A stretch of DNA of 24,000 nt from Acidocella aromatica (GTDB taxonomy: Bacteria; Pseudomonadota; Alphaproteobacteria; Acetobacterales; Acetobacteraceae), in assembly GCF_014201825.1 (NCBI RefSeq), contig NZ_JACHFJ010000004.1, positions 142,928 through 166,927 of the forward strand. The letters run 5' to 3'. The position numbers and the translations under genes are program-made. Numbering within the stretch: the stretch's first letter is position 1; every line of letters begins with the position of its first letter. Below the pieces are notes generated by a model. The model did no database searches. It saw nothing but the letters and a program-made list of their open reading frames with translations, and was not told the origin of the DNA. This document shows positions 1-9,317 of this stretch, piece by piece.

Positions 1-1818
1 CCGGCGCTCGGCCTTCTTGCGGTCATGCGGGTTCAGATAGCGCTTGCGGATGCGCACGGCGGACGGGGTAACCTCCACCAGCTCGTCGTCCTCGATGTAG
101 GCAATCGCCTGTTCCAGCGACATCTTGCGGGGCGGCACCAGCAGCAGCGCCTCGTCCTTGCCGGCGGCGCGGATGTTGGTCAGCTTCTTCTCGCGCACCG
201 GGTTTACGTCGAGGTCGTTTTCGCGGCTATGTTCGCCGAGAATCATGCCCACATAGACCTTCTCGCCGGGGCTCACGAACAGCACGCCGCGGTCCTGCAG
301 GGAGAACAGAGAGTACTGCACGGCCTCGCCATCCTCGGAGGAGATCAGCGCGCCATTGCGGCGGCCTTCGATCTTACCCTTCCAGGGGCCGTAACCGGCG
401 AACAGGCGGTTCATCACGCCGGTGCCGCGCGTGTCGGTCAGGAACTCGCCGTGATAGCCGATCAGGCCGCGCGACGGGATCTTGAAGGTCAGGCGCTGCT
501 TGTCGCCGCCGGAGGGGCGGATGTCGGACAGCTCGCCCTTGCGGCGGGACATCTTCTCGACGACGGCGCCGGCATAGGGCTCGTCCACGTCGATCAGCAC
601 TTCCTCATACGGCTCCTCGCGCTCGCCGGTTTCCTCGTTGAGGCGCGTCAGCACGCGGGGGCGGCCGATGGTCAGCTCGAAGCCCTCGCGGCGCATGGTC
701 TCGATGAGCACGCCGAGCTGGAGTTCGCCACGGCCGAACACCTCGAAGGCGTCGCTCTCGGTGGAGGCGACCACCTGAATGGCGACATTGCCCTCGATCT
801 CGCTGAACAGACGGTCGCGGATCTGGCGGGAGGTAACCTTCTTGCCCTCGCGGCCGCCGAGCGGACCGTCGTTGATGCGGAAGGTCATGGAGAGGGTCGG
901 CGGATCGATCGGGGTGGCGGGCAGGGGCTCGGCCACTTCCGGTGAGCAGATGGTGTAGGGGATGGTGGCGTCGGTCAGACCGGCCACGGCGACGATGTCA
1001 CCGGCGGAGACCTCGTCCACCGGCACGCGCTCCAGCCCGCGGAAGGAGAGCAGCTTGGTCAGACGGCCGGTCTCGACGACCTTGCCATCCAGGCCCAGCA
1101 CCTTCACCGGCATGTTCACGGTCGCCTTGCCCTGCTCCACGCGCCCGGTCAGCACGCGGCCGAGGAAGGTGTCGGACTCCAGAATGGTGGCAACCATGGC
1201 GAAGGGCGCGTCCACGTCCAGGTTCGGGGCGGGAACATGGCTCAGGATCAGGTCGAAGAGCGGGGTCAGGCTCTCGCGCGGGTCGTCCAGATTGGCGACA
1301 GCCCAGCCCTGGCGGCCCGAGGCGAACAGCATGGGGAAGTCCAGCTGCTCCTCGTTCGCGTCCAACGAGGCGAACAGGTCGAACATCTCGTTATGCACGT
1401 CGTCCGGGCGGGCATCGCCACGGTCGATCTTGTTCACCACCACGATCGGCTTCAGGCCGCGCGCCAGCGCCTTGCCGAGCACGAACTTGGTCTGCGGCAG
1501 CACGCCCTCGGCGGCGTCCACCAGGATCACGGCGCCATCCACCATGCTCAGGATGCGCTCCACCTCACCGCCGAAATCGGCGTGGCCAGGGGTGTCAACG
1601 ATGTTGATGCGCGTGTCCTTCCACACCACCGAGGCAACCTTCGCCAGAATGGTGATGCCGCGCTCCTTTTCCAGGTCGTTGCGGTCGAGCGCACGCTCGG
1701 CCACGGCCTGGTGGGCGGCGAAGGCGCCGGACTGCTTCAGCAGCTGGTCGGTAAGCGTGGTCTTGCCATGGTCGACGTGTGCGATGATGGCAATGTTGCG
1801 AATTTTCGGCGCGGACAT
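1..1818 (-). CDS. typA: Translational GTPase TypA/BipA; the 3' end runs off the left edge, with about 606 codons visible
   Basis: Absent from the supplied ORF track because it has no stop inside the window. Manual reverse-complement translation from the ATG (cat at 1816-1818) gives MSAPKIRNIAIIAHVDHGKTTLTDQLLKQSGAFAAHQAVAERALDRNDLEKERGITILAKVASVVWKDTRINIVDTPGHADFGGEV. This carries the G1 motif AHVDHGKTT and the G3 motif DTPGHADF of the BipA/LepA/EF-G GTPase family. The frame stays open to position 1 (..PHDRKKAERR), and the length matches a nearly complete TypA. Confidence 0.93.
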   Translation of the reverse strand, partial: MSAPKIRNIAIIAHVDHGKTTLTDQLLKQSGAFAAHQAVAERALDRNDLEKERGITILAKVASVVWKDTRINIVDTPGHADFGGEVERILSMVDGAVILVDAAEGVLPQTKFVLGKALARGLKPIVVVNKIDRGDARPDDVHNEMFDLFASLDANEEQLDFPMLFASGRQGWAVANLDDPRESLTPLFDLILSHVPAPNLDVDAPFAMVATILESDTFLGRVLTGRVEQGKATVNMPVKVLGLDGKVVETGRLTKLLSFRGLERVPVDEVSAGDIVAVAGLTDATIPYTICSPEVAEPLPATPIDPPTLSMTFRINDGPLGGREGKKVTSRQIRDRLFSEIEGNVAIQVVASTESDAFEVFGRGELQLGVLIETMRREGFELTIGRPRVLTRLNEETGEREEPYEEVLIDVDEPYAGAVVEKMSRRKGELSDIRPSGGDKQRLTFKIPSRGLIGYHGEFLTDTRGTGVMNRLFAGYGPWKGKIEGRRNGALISSEDGEAVQYSLFSLQDRGVLFVSPGEKVYVGMILGEHSRENDLDVNPVREKKLTNIRAAGKDEALLLVPPRKMSLEQAIAYIEDDELVEVTPSAVRIRKRYLNPHDRKKAERR

Positions 1819-1840
1819 ACAGAAACTACCCAATGGCTAG

Positions 1841-1884
1841 CCCAAGCCGAATCACGGGGCGTTTGCCCCGCAATTCGGTTTGGG
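1841..1884. promoter_or_regulatory. 44-nt near-perfect extended hairpin/palindrome in the typA-SLT divergent intergenic region, 22 nt upstream of the typA ATG
   Basis: cccaagccgaat-ca-cggggc-gttt-gccccg-ca-attcggtttggg. The outer stem is 12 bp (1841-1852 with 1873-1884), with one G-T wobble at 1846/1879 that becomes a C-A mismatch on the minus strand. It has a 2x2 internal loop, an inner 6-bp GC stem (1855-1860 with 1865-1870) and a GTTT loop. No U-tract follows on either strand, so it is not a canonical terminator. Confidence 0.4.
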
Positions 1885-2015
1885 CGGTGAGATTTGCGCA
1901 CGGCATAGCGATATTGCCGCGCAAAAGCGAGGGTTAATTGCACATGGGCGCAATGTGGCATCGTTGCGGCTGTGGTTTTTGGGGCGGTTAAGGGTTAAAG
2001 CCCTGTCATCTGGGT

Positions 2016-2741
2016 ATGGCTTCACCGGGAGATGCGGTGCGTAGACTATTGTTGTGCATAGGTGTTGCGGCTGCCATGGGGGGCTTCGCATGGGCGGACA
2101 CCCCGCCCGGCGCCGCCTGCACCACCGCGGGCCACGAAGCCGAGCAGGAAGGGGCGTTGCCCGCCAATCTGCTGCTCTCCATCGGCATGGTGGAAAGCGG
2201 CCACCCCGACCCCGCGACCGGCCACATGACCCCCTGGCCCTGGACCGTGAATGCCGATGGCAATGGCCAGTATTTCCCCACCAAGGAGGCCGCGATGGCC
2301 TTCGTGCGCTTCGCCCAGGAATCGGGCGCGCGGGATATCGATGTCGGCTGTTTCCAGATCAGCCTGGAGAGCCACCCGGATGCCTTTGCCTCGCTGGACG
2401 AGGCTTTTGACCCCGCGAAAAACGCCGCCTACGCCGCGCGCTTCCTCTCCGCGCTGAAAGGGCGGACCGGCTCCTGGACCACCGCGATCGCCGATTACCA
2501 TTCCGCCCTGCCGGATTTGGGCTTGCCGTATCAGCGCTTGGTGCTGGCGGCGTGGAAGCGCATGGGCAACATGCCGTTCAATTTCACCGCCGACGTGCAG
2601 GAGGCCAGCTACATCCCGCCGCCGGATAACGTGGCGATCATCCAGTCGGCCGCGGCGAAGCGTATCCATGTGTACACCTCCAGCCAGCCAATGGACGCGG
2701 CTTGGCGCCCCGGCCTGCCGCATGTGTACGAAGGCGATTAG
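2016..2741 (+). CDS. Secreted lytic transglycosylase, SLT-domain protein
   Basis: 241-aa ORF with an N-terminal hydrophobic signal-like segment (LLLCIGVAAAMGGFAWA). It has the motif series LLLSIGMVESG (catalytic Glu-Ser), PWPWTVNADG, DVGCFQISL, AFDPAKNAAYAARFL and YHS, typical of the short alphaproteobacterial SLT family. The start could instead be the GTG a few codons downstream. Confidence 0.82.
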   Translation: MASPGDAVRRLLLCIGVAAAMGGFAWADTPPGAACTTAGHEAEQEGALPANLLLSIGMVESGHPDPATGHMTPWPWTVNADGNGQYFPTKEAAMAFVRFAQESGARDIDVGCFQISLESHPDAFASLDEAFDPAKNAAYAARFLSALKGRTGSWTTAIADYHSALPDLGLPYQRLVLAAWKRMGNMPFNFTADVQEASYIPPPDNVAIIQSAAAKRIHVYTSSQPMDAAWRPGLPHVYEGD

Positions 2742-2745
2742 CAAT

Positions 2746-2773
2746 AAAAAAGGGCCCCGTTTGGGGCCCTTTT
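2746..2773. terminator. Bidirectional rho-independent terminator between the convergent SLT gene and sucB
   Basis: aaaaaa-gggcccc-gttt-ggggccc-tttt. This is a perfect 7-bp GC stem (2752-2758 with 2763-2769) with a 4-nt loop, flanked by an A6 run on one side and a T4 run on the other. It therefore reads as a stem plus U-tract on both strands. Confidence 0.8.
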
Positions 2774-2786
2774 CCGTTGTCGTGGA

Positions 2787-3995
2787 TCAGATTTCCAGCA
2801 GCAGGCGGCGCGGATCCTCCAGGGACTCCTTGACGCGCACCAGGAAGGAGACAGCCTCGCGGCCGTCGATGATGCGGTGGTCGTAGGACACGGCCAGATA
2901 CATCATCGGGCGAATCACCACCTGACCATTCAGGGCCACCGGGCGCTCCTGGATCTTGTGCATGCCCAGGATGGCGGACTGTGGCGGGTTGATGATCGGG
3001 GTGGACATCAGTGAGCCGTACACGCCACCATTGGTGATGGAGAACGTGCCGCCGGAGAGCTGTTCCAGCTTCAGCGTGCCCTCTTTCGCCGCCTTGGCGA
3101 AGCCGGCGATCTCAGCCTCGATCTCGGCGATGGACTTCTGCTCGGCATCGCGGATCACGGGCACCACGAGGCCGGAGGCGCCGCCAACGGCGATGCCCAT
3201 GTTCACGAACTTCTTGTAGACGATCTCGTCACCGTCGATCTCGGCGTTCACAGCCGGGAACTCGGCCAGCGCGGCGCAGACAGCCTTCACGAAGAAGCCG
3301 TTGAAGCCCAGGCGGATGCCCTTGTGCTTCTTCTCGAAGGTCTCCTTGTACTCGGAGCGCAGCGCCATGATCGCGCTCATGTCCACCTCGTTGAAGGTGG
3401 TGAGCATGGCGGCGGTGTTCTGCGCGTCCTTCAGGCGGGCGGCGATGGTCTTGCGCAGGCGCGTCATCTTCACGCGCTCTTCGCGGACATCGGCCACGCG
3501 CGGGGCTTTCGGCGCGGCAGCGGCCGGGGCGGCGGCGGGCTTGTTCAGGAACTCAAGCACATCGCCCTTGGAGACGCGGCCATCCTTGGCGGTGCCCTGG
3601 ATGGCGCCAGCGGCGATCTTGTTTTCCTCGATCAGCTTCGCCGCGGCGGGCAGCGGGGCGGCGCCGGGGCGGGCCACCGGGCCGGGGGCGGCCTGCGGCG
3701 CATGCACGCCGGCGGCGGCCACCGGGGCCGGGGCGGCGGCGGGCTTGGCGGCGGCGGCGCCGACGTCAACGCGGCCCAGCAGGGCGCCCACTTCCACTTC
3801 CGCACCTTCCGGGGCGATGATCTCGGACAGCACGCCAGCTTCCGGCGCGTTGACCTCAACGGTCACCTTGTCGGTCTCCAGCTCCACCACGGGTTCGTCG
3901 GCGGCAACGGCGTCACCGGCCTTCTTGATCCAGCGCGCGATGGTCGCGCTGGTCACGCTCTCGCCCAGTGTGGGGACTTTGATATCGGCGGCCAT
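2787..3995 (-). CDS. sucB: Dihydrolipoyllysine-residue succinyltransferase, E2 component of 2-oxoglutarate dehydrogenase
   Basis: 402 aa. It has an N-terminal lipoyl domain ([12 protein letters not shown], with the lipoyl-lysine in DK), Ala/Pro-rich linkers and a peripheral-subunit-binding domain ([29 protein letters not shown]). The C-terminal catalytic domain carries [13 protein letters not shown] (the DHRxxDG active site). An AGGAG RBS lies upstream of the ATG. Confidence 0.97.
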   Translation of the reverse strand: MAADIKVPTLGESVTSATIARWIKKAGDAVAADEPVVELETDKVTVEVNAPEAGVLSEIIAPEGAEVEVGALLGRVDVGAAAAKPAAAPAPVAAAGVHAPQAAPGPVARPGAAPLPAAAKLIEENKIAAGAIQGTAKDGRVSKGDVLEFLNKPAAAPAAAAPKAPRVADVREERVKMTRLRKTIAARLKDAQNTAAMLTTFNEVDMSAIMALRSEYKETFEKKHKGIRLGFNGFFVKAVCAALAEFPAVNAEIDGDEIVYKKFVNMGIAVGGASGLVVPVIRDAEQKSIAEIEAEIAGFAKAAKEGTLKLEQLSGGTFSITNGGVYGSLMSTPIINPPQSAILGMHKIQERPVALNGQVVIRPMMYLAVSYDHRIIDGREAVSFLVRVKESLEDPRRLLLEI

Positions 3996-4041
3996 AGCTA
4001 CTCCTGATTACTGCTTGTTGACTTCGCGATTTCAGATAACG

Positions 4042-6897
4042 TCAGACGCTCAGCGCCTCGTTGACCAGAGCGGCCTGCTCGGCGGCGTGCACCTTGGCCA
4101 GACCCGTGGCGGGCGAGGCGGCGGCGGCACGGCCCACATAGCGGGGACGCTTGGCGGCGTTGTTCAGGCAGGTCAGCACACCCTCGATCCGGCGATCGAC
4201 AAAGGTCCAGCCGCCATTGTTCTCCGGCTCCTCCTGGCACCACACGACTTCGGCGTTGGTATACGCCTCGATCGCGGCTTTCAGGTTCTTCACGGGGAAC
4301 GGATAGAACTGCTCCAGGCGCACGATGGCGACATCCTTGATGCCGCGCTCACGGCGCTCGGCCAGCAGGTCGTAATACACCTTGCCGGAGCAGATGACGA
4401 CGCGCTTGACCTTCTCCGGCGCCACCAGCTCGTCGGTCTCGGGGATGACGAACTTGAAGCTGGAGCCCGGCGCGAACTCGCTGAGGCTGGAGACGCACAG
4501 CTTGTGGCGCAGCAGCGACTTCGGCGTCATCAGCACCAACGGCTTGCGGAAGTTCCGCTTCAGCTGGCGGCGCAGCGCGTGGAAGTAGTTGGCCGGAGTG
4601 GAGATGTTGCACACCGCCATGTTGTTCTCGGCGCAGAGCTGCAGATAGCGCTCCAGGCGGGCGGAGGAGTGCTCCGGCCCCTGGCCTTCGCTGCCATGCG
4701 GCAGCAGCATCACCAAGCCGCACATACGCAGCCACTTGGTCTCGCCCGAGGCGATGAACTGGTCGATCAACACCTGTGCGCCATTGGCGAAGTCGCCGAA
4801 CTGCGCTTCCCACAACACCAGCACGTTCGGGTCGGACACCGCGTAGCCGTATTCAAAGCCCAGCACGCCGTATTCGGAGAGCAGGGAGTTGAAGATCTCG
4901 ATATGCGCCTGGTCGGGGCGGATATTGTTCAGCGGGGTGTATTCGTTCTGGTTGGTCTGGTCGATCAGCACGGCATGGCGCTGGCTGAAGGTGCCGCGCT
5001 GGCAGTCCTCGCCGGAGAGACGCACGCGGTGGCCATCGAGCATCAGGGTGCCGAAGGCCAGCGCCTCGCCGGTTGCCCAGTCGATGCCTTCGCCGGTCTC
5101 GATCGCATGTTTCTTGGCTTCGAGCTGGCGGGCGATCTTCGAGTTGAGGTCGAAGTTCTCGGGCGGGCGGGAGATGGCGGCGCCGACTTCCTTGAGCTGC
5201 TCGAGCGACGCGGAGGTCACTTCCTCCTGGCGCTCAGCCTCCTCATCGGCCTGCTTCAGGCCGGCCCAGTGGCCTTCCAGCCAGTCGGCCTTGTTCACCT
5301 TATAGTCCTGAGCGCCCTTATAGGCGTCTTCCAGGGTCTGGATGTAATCATCCACCATGGCCTTCGCCTCATCGGCGGTGACGCTGTTTTCCTGGATCAG
5401 GCGCTCGGCATACAGGGCGCGGGTGGTCTTCAGCGCCTTGATCGCCTTGTACATGATCGGCTGGGTGAATGCCGGCTCTTCGTTTTCGTTATGGCCGTGG
5501 CGGCGGTAGCAGACGAGGTCGATCACAACGTCCACGGCGAATTCCTGGCGGAACTCGGCGGCCAGCTTGGTGGCGAACACCACGGCTTCCGGGTTGTCGC
5601 CATTCACATGCAGGATTGGCGCCTGCACGGCCTTGGCGACGTCCGTGCAGTACAGGCCGGAGAAGGCATGCGCCGGAACGGTGGTGAAGCCGATTTGGTT
5701 ATTGACGACGAGATGGATGGAACCGCCGGTGCGATAGCCGATGAGCTGGCTCATCGCCAGGGTCTCGTACACCAGGCCCTGGCCGGCGAAGGCGGCGTCG
5801 CCATGCATGATGATGGCCATGGCGGATTTGCGGGTGCGGTCACCCGCCATGTCCAGGCGGGCGCGGATCTTGCCGACCACCACCGGATCCACCGCCTCGA
5901 GATGCGAGGGGTTGGGCTGCAGCGAGAGATGGACCTTGTTGCCGTTGACGACGATGTCGGTGGAGGTGCCGAGATGGTATTTCACGTCGCCGGAGCCCTG
6001 CACGTCATCGGGCTTGGCGGAGGCGCCGCCGAACTCGGCGAAGAGCTGCACCAGCGGTTTCTTGACGATGTTGACCAGGGTGTTGAGGCGACCGCGATGC
6101 GGCATGCCGATGGCGATTTCGCGCACGCCGGCATTGGCGGCGGTCTCGATGATGGAGTGCAGCGCCGGGATGGTGCTCTCGCCGCCTTCCAGGCCGAAGC
6201 GCTTGGTGCCGACAAAGCGGCGCTGGCAGAAGTTCTCGAAGCTGTCGGCCTCGGTGAGCTGGTTCAGGATCTTGGCCTTGGCCTTGGCGTCGAAGGCGTT
6301 GAGCCAGGGCGCGCCCTCGATGCGGCGCTGGATCCAGCTCTTCTGGGCCGGGTCCTGGATATGCATGAACTCGACGCCAATTTCGCCGCAATAGCTCTTG
6401 CGCAGCGCGGCGATAACCTCGCGCAACGTCGCGGTCTCGAAACCGAGCACGCCGTCGATGAAGATCGGGCGGTCCATGTCGGCGGCGGTAAAGCCGTAAG
6501 TGGCGGGGTCGAGCTCGATATGGTGGCCGGGCTGCTTCAGCCCCAGCGGGTCGAGCTGCGCTTCCAGATGGCCGCGCACGCGGTAGGCACGGATCAGCAT
6601 CAGGGCGCGGATGGAATCGAGCGTGGCGGCGCGGGTTTCGGCCGGGGAGGTGGTGGACTTGGCGGGCTTGGCCGCGCCTTCGGCCTCATCAGGACCGAAA
6701 GCCTTCGGACGCGGGGCCCAGGAGGCGCCGGTGGCATCCATCATGATGGAGCGCGTTTCGTCGTCCAGCGCAGCAAACAGGGCGGCGAAATCCGGATCAA
6801 CGGAGTTAGGCGCTTCAACCCATTTGGCATAAAGCTGGGCAATGAACTGGGCATTCGCGCCATTCATCGCGGTGGCAATCACATCTACACCGGCCAT
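4042..6897 (-). CDS. sucA: 2-oxoglutarate dehydrogenase E1 component
   Basis: 951 aa with full-length similarity by eye to SucA (NAQFIAQLYAKWV, RAYRVRGH, KRFGLEGGES, GMPHRGRLN, HGDAAFAGQG, CYRRHGHNE, LLPHGSEGQGPEHSSARLERYLQL). A GAGGA RBS lies 8 nt upstream. Confidence 0.97.
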   Translation of the reverse strand: MAGVDVIATAMNGANAQFIAQLYAKWVEAPNSVDPDFAALFAALDDETRSIMMDATGASWAPRPKAFGPDEAEGAAKPAKSTTSPAETRAATLDSIRALMLIRAYRVRGHLEAQLDPLGLKQPGHHIELDPATYGFTAADMDRPIFIDGVLGFETATLREVIAALRKSYCGEIGVEFMHIQDPAQKSWIQRRIEGAPWLNAFDAKAKAKILNQLTEADSFENFCQRRFVGTKRFGLEGGESTIPALHSIIETAANAGVREIAIGMPHRGRLNTLVNIVKKPLVQLFAEFGGASAKPDDVQGSGDVKYHLGTSTDIVVNGNKVHLSLQPNPSHLEAVDPVVVGKIRARLDMAGDRTRKSAMAIIMHGDAAFAGQGLVYETLAMSQLIGYRTGGSIHLVVNNQIGFTTVPAHAFSGLYCTDVAKAVQAPILHVNGDNPEAVVFATKLAAEFRQEFAVDVVIDLVCYRRHGHNENEEPAFTQPIMYKAIKALKTTRALYAERLIQENSVTADEAKAMVDDYIQTLEDAYKGAQDYKVNKADWLEGHWAGLKQADEEAERQEEVTSASLEQLKEVGAAISRPPENFDLNSKIARQLEAKKHAIETGEGIDWATGEALAFGTLMLDGHRVRLSGEDCQRGTFSQRHAVLIDQTNQNEYTPLNNIRPDQAHIEIFNSLLSEYGVLGFEYGYAVSDPNVLVLWEAQFGDFANGAQVLIDQFIASGETKWLRMCGLVMLLPHGSEGQGPEHSSARLERYLQLCAENNMAVCNISTPANYFHALRRQLKRNFRKPLVLMTPKSLLRHKLCVSSLSEFAPGSSFKFVIPETDELVAPEKVKRVVICSGKVYYDLLAERRERGIKDVAIVRLEQFYPFPVKNLKAAIEAYTNAEVVWCQEEPENNGGWTFVDRRIEGVLTCLNNAAKRPRYVGRAAAASPATGLAKVHAAEQAALVNEALSV

Positions 6898-7024
6898 ACC
6901 TGTTCCTCACATTTACAATGCTCCCGCCCGGTGAGGCGGGTGGACCGGGGAGTTCACGGCAGCACGGCGAAGTCTCCCCATCCGCGCCGCATATAAGCCC
7001 ACTAGGGTTATGATGCCGTTATCC

Positions 7025-7080
7025 AAGTTAAAGGGGCAGGGTTGTTCACCGTGCATGGTTGCCGGTGTTTTCCCCGCCCC
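7025..7080 (-). terminator. Terminator/attenuator-like compound hairpin just downstream of the sucD stop, inside the 192-nt sucD-sucA spacer
   Basis: Minus-strand RNA reads GGGGCGGGG (7080-7072), a 30-nt loop with an internal CACCG/CGGUG 5-bp stem, CCCUGCCCC (7041-7033), then UUUAACUU. The outer stem is 9 bp with one G-U wobble. The U-tract is short and interrupted, so any termination is probably partial. Confidence 0.4.
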
Positions 7081-7089
7081 TTCAAGGAT

Positions 7090-7965
7090 TTAGCCCTTCA
7101 AAGCCTTAACCATGGTGCTGCCAAGCGAAGAAGGACTATCAGCCACGAAAATTCCGGCCTCCTTCATCGCGGCGATTTTGGCAGCAGCAGTGTCCTTACC
7201 GCCGGAGATCACGGCGCCGGCATGGCCCATGCGGCGGCCCGGAGGCGCGGTGGCGCCGGCGATGAACCCGACGGTCGGCTTCTTGATCTTGTGGCGGGCC
7301 AGGAACTCGGCCGCGTCGATCTCGGAGGGGCCGCCGATCTCGCCGATCATGATGATCGCCTGGGTCTCATCGTCGTGCAGGAACAGGTCCAGCACTTCGA
7401 TGAAGTCGGTGCCCTTCACCGGGTCGCCGCCGATGCCCACGCAGGTTGACTGGCCGAGGCCAGCGGCGGTGGTCTGCGCCACGGCCTCATAGGTGAGAGT
7501 GCCGGAGCGGGAGACGATGCCAATGGAGCCGCGCTTGTGGATGTGGCCGGGCATGATGCCGATCTTGCACTCGTCCGGGGTGATCACGCCCGGGCAGTTC
7601 GGGCCGACGAGGCGGGACTTGGAGCCGCAGAGGGCGCGCTTGACCTTGACCATGTCCAGCACCGGGATACCCTCGGTGATGCAGACGATCAGCTCCACGC
7701 CCGCGTCGATCGCCTCCAGGATGGAGTCGGCGGCGAACGGCGGCGGCACGTAGATGGCCGAGGCGTTGGCGCCGGTTTTGGCCACGGCCTCCTCAACGGT
7801 GTTGAACACCGGCAGGTCCAGGTGCTTGGTGCCGCCCTTGCCGGGGGTCACGCCGCCGACGACCTTGGTGCCGTAGGCCAGAGCCTGCTCGGAGTGGAAG
7901 GTGCCCTGAGCGCCGGTGAAGCCCTGGGTGATGACCTTGGTTTCTTTGTTGACGAGAATGGCCAT
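7090..7965 (-). CDS. sucD: Succinyl-CoA synthetase alpha subunit
   Basis: 291 aa ([42 protein letters not shown], and MGHAGA carrying the phosphohistidine). Its ATG overlaps the sucC stop by 1 nt (TAATG). Confidence 0.97.
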   Translation of the reverse strand: MAILVNKETKVITQGFTGAQGTFHSEQALAYGTKVVGGVTPGKGGTKHLDLPVFNTVEEAVAKTGANASAIYVPPPFAADSILEAIDAGVELIVCITEGIPVLDMVKVKRALCGSKSRLVGPNCPGVITPDECKIGIMPGHIHKRGSIGIVSRSGTLTYEAVAQTTAAGLGQSTCVGIGGDPVKGTDFIEVLDLFLHDDETQAIIMIGEIGGPSEIDAAEFLARHKIKKPTVGFIAGATAPPGRRMGHAGAVISGGKDTAAAKIAAMKEAGIFVADSPSSLGSTMVKALKG

Positions 7966-9161
7966 TACGCGGCTTCCTTCACGGCTTTGACGATTTTCTC
8001 AGCGGCATCGGCCAGGTTGTCGGCCGGGATGATGGGCAGGCCGGACTTCGCCATGATGTCCTTGCCGAGCTGCACGTTGGTGCCCTCGAGGCGCACCACC
8101 AGCGGCACGGAGAGCGAGACCTCGCGCGCCGCGGCGATAACGCCCTCGGCGATGACGTCGCAGCGCATGATGCCACCGAAGATGTTGACCAGGATGCCCT
8201 CGACGTTCGGATCCGAGAGGATGATCTTGAACGCCGCCGTCACGCGCTCCTTGGTGGCGCCGCCGCCGACGTCCAGGAAGTTCGCGGGCTCGGCGCCGTA
8301 GAGCTTGATGATGTCCATGGTCGCCATGGCCAGGCCCGCGCCATTCACCATGCAGCCGATGTTGCCATCGAGCGCCACATAGGAGAGCGAGTGCTTGTTG
8401 GCTTCCAGCTCCTTCGGGTCTTCCTCGCCCTCGTCGCGCAGCGCCTCGATCTCGGGGTGGCGGTACAGGGCGTTGTCGTCGAAGGACACCTTGGCGTCGA
8501 GCGCGTAGATCTCGCCAGCGCCGGTCACGACCAGCGGGTTGATCTCGATGATTGCCGCGTCCAGCGCCACATAGGCGTTGTACATGGCGGTGATGAACTT
8601 GCCGAAGGTGGCGATCTGCTTGCCTTCGAGGCCCAGGCCGAAGGCCAGCTTGCGGGCATGGAAGCCGGAGATGCCGGAGGCCGGGTCAACCGGGGCGCGC
8701 AGGATCTTCTCGGGGTGGTGCTCGGCGACTTCCTCGATCTCCATGCCGCCCTCGGTGGAGGCCATGATCACGATCTCGGACACCGAGCGGTCGATCAGCA
8801 GGGAGAGGTACAGCTCGCGCTTGATGTCGCAACCCGCTTCCACATACACGCGGCGGACCAGGCGGCCGTGCGGGCCTGTCTGCTTGGTGATCAGCGTGTG
8901 GCCGATCATCGCGCTCGCGGCGTCACGCACTTCGTCGAGGGTCTTGGCCAGGCGCACACCGCCCTTGCCATTCGGGTCTTCCTTGAACTTACCGGCGCCA
9001 CGGCCACCGGCGTGGATCTGGGACTTCACCACATAAATAGGACCGGGGAGCTTCTTCGCGGCTTCGACCGCTTCTTCGGGCGTCCAGGCAACATGCCCAT
9101 CGAGAACCGCGACGCCATAGGCCTTCAGCAGTTCTTTGCCCTGGTATTCATGTATGTTCAT
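7965..9161 (-). CDS. sucC: Succinyl-CoA synthetase beta subunit
   Basis: 398 aa ([61 protein letters not shown]). It has the canonical ATP-grasp SucC layout. Confidence 0.97.
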   Translation of the reverse strand: MNIHEYQGKELLKAYGVAVLDGHVAWTPEEAVEAAKKLPGPIYVVKSQIHAGGRGAGKFKEDPNGKGGVRLAKTLDEVRDAASAMIGHTLITKQTGPHGRLVRRVYVEAGCDIKRELYLSLLIDRSVSEIVIMASTEGGMEIEEVAEHHPEKILRAPVDPASGISGFHARKLAFGLGLEGKQIATFGKFITAMYNAYVALDAAIIEINPLVVTGAGEIYALDAKVSFDDNALYRHPEIEALRDEGEEDPKELEANKHSLSYVALDGNIGCMVNGAGLAMATMDIIKLYGAEPANFLDVGGGATKERVTAAFKIILSDPNVEGILVNIFGGIMRCDVIAEGVIAAAREVSLSVPLVVRLEGTNVQLGKDIMAKSGLPIIPADNLADAAEKIVKAVKEAA

Positions 9162-9317
9162 GTACGTTCAGCCTACCTGTTTCTTGGGTTAAAGGGGCGT
9201 CGCAGGGGGTGCTACTATCATTCATGGAGCGCAGCAAGCACTTGGCTGCATGGCAAAAACCACGAGCCCCGAGTGAATGCATTTTATGTCAGGTGTTATG
9301 CCGGGTCGCCGGGGGTG

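Noticed and set aside
25-1890. + strand ORFs 25-945, 942-1607, 962-1840 and 1237-1890
   Set aside because: All lie antisense to the clearly recognisable typA/bipA gene. Their translations are Arg/Pro/Ala/Gly-rich junk typical of off-frame high-GC sequence.
3500-3790. GC-rich low-complexity GCGGCGGCG-type tracts that might have been a tandem repeat or VNTR
   Set aside because: They encode the Ala/Pro-rich flexible linkers expected in the E2 (SucB) protein. Only the 22-bp exact duplicate is reported, at low interest.
3301-6996. 1231-aa + strand ORF spanning the sucB/sucA region, the longest ORF in the track
   Set aside because: It is an antisense shadow. It is codon-aligned with sucA on the opposite strand and stays open only because sucA avoids TTA/CTA/TCA codons. 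Its translation is Ala/Gly/Arg/Leu-rich low-complexity sequence with no motifs. The minus strand encodes unmistakable SucA and SucB.
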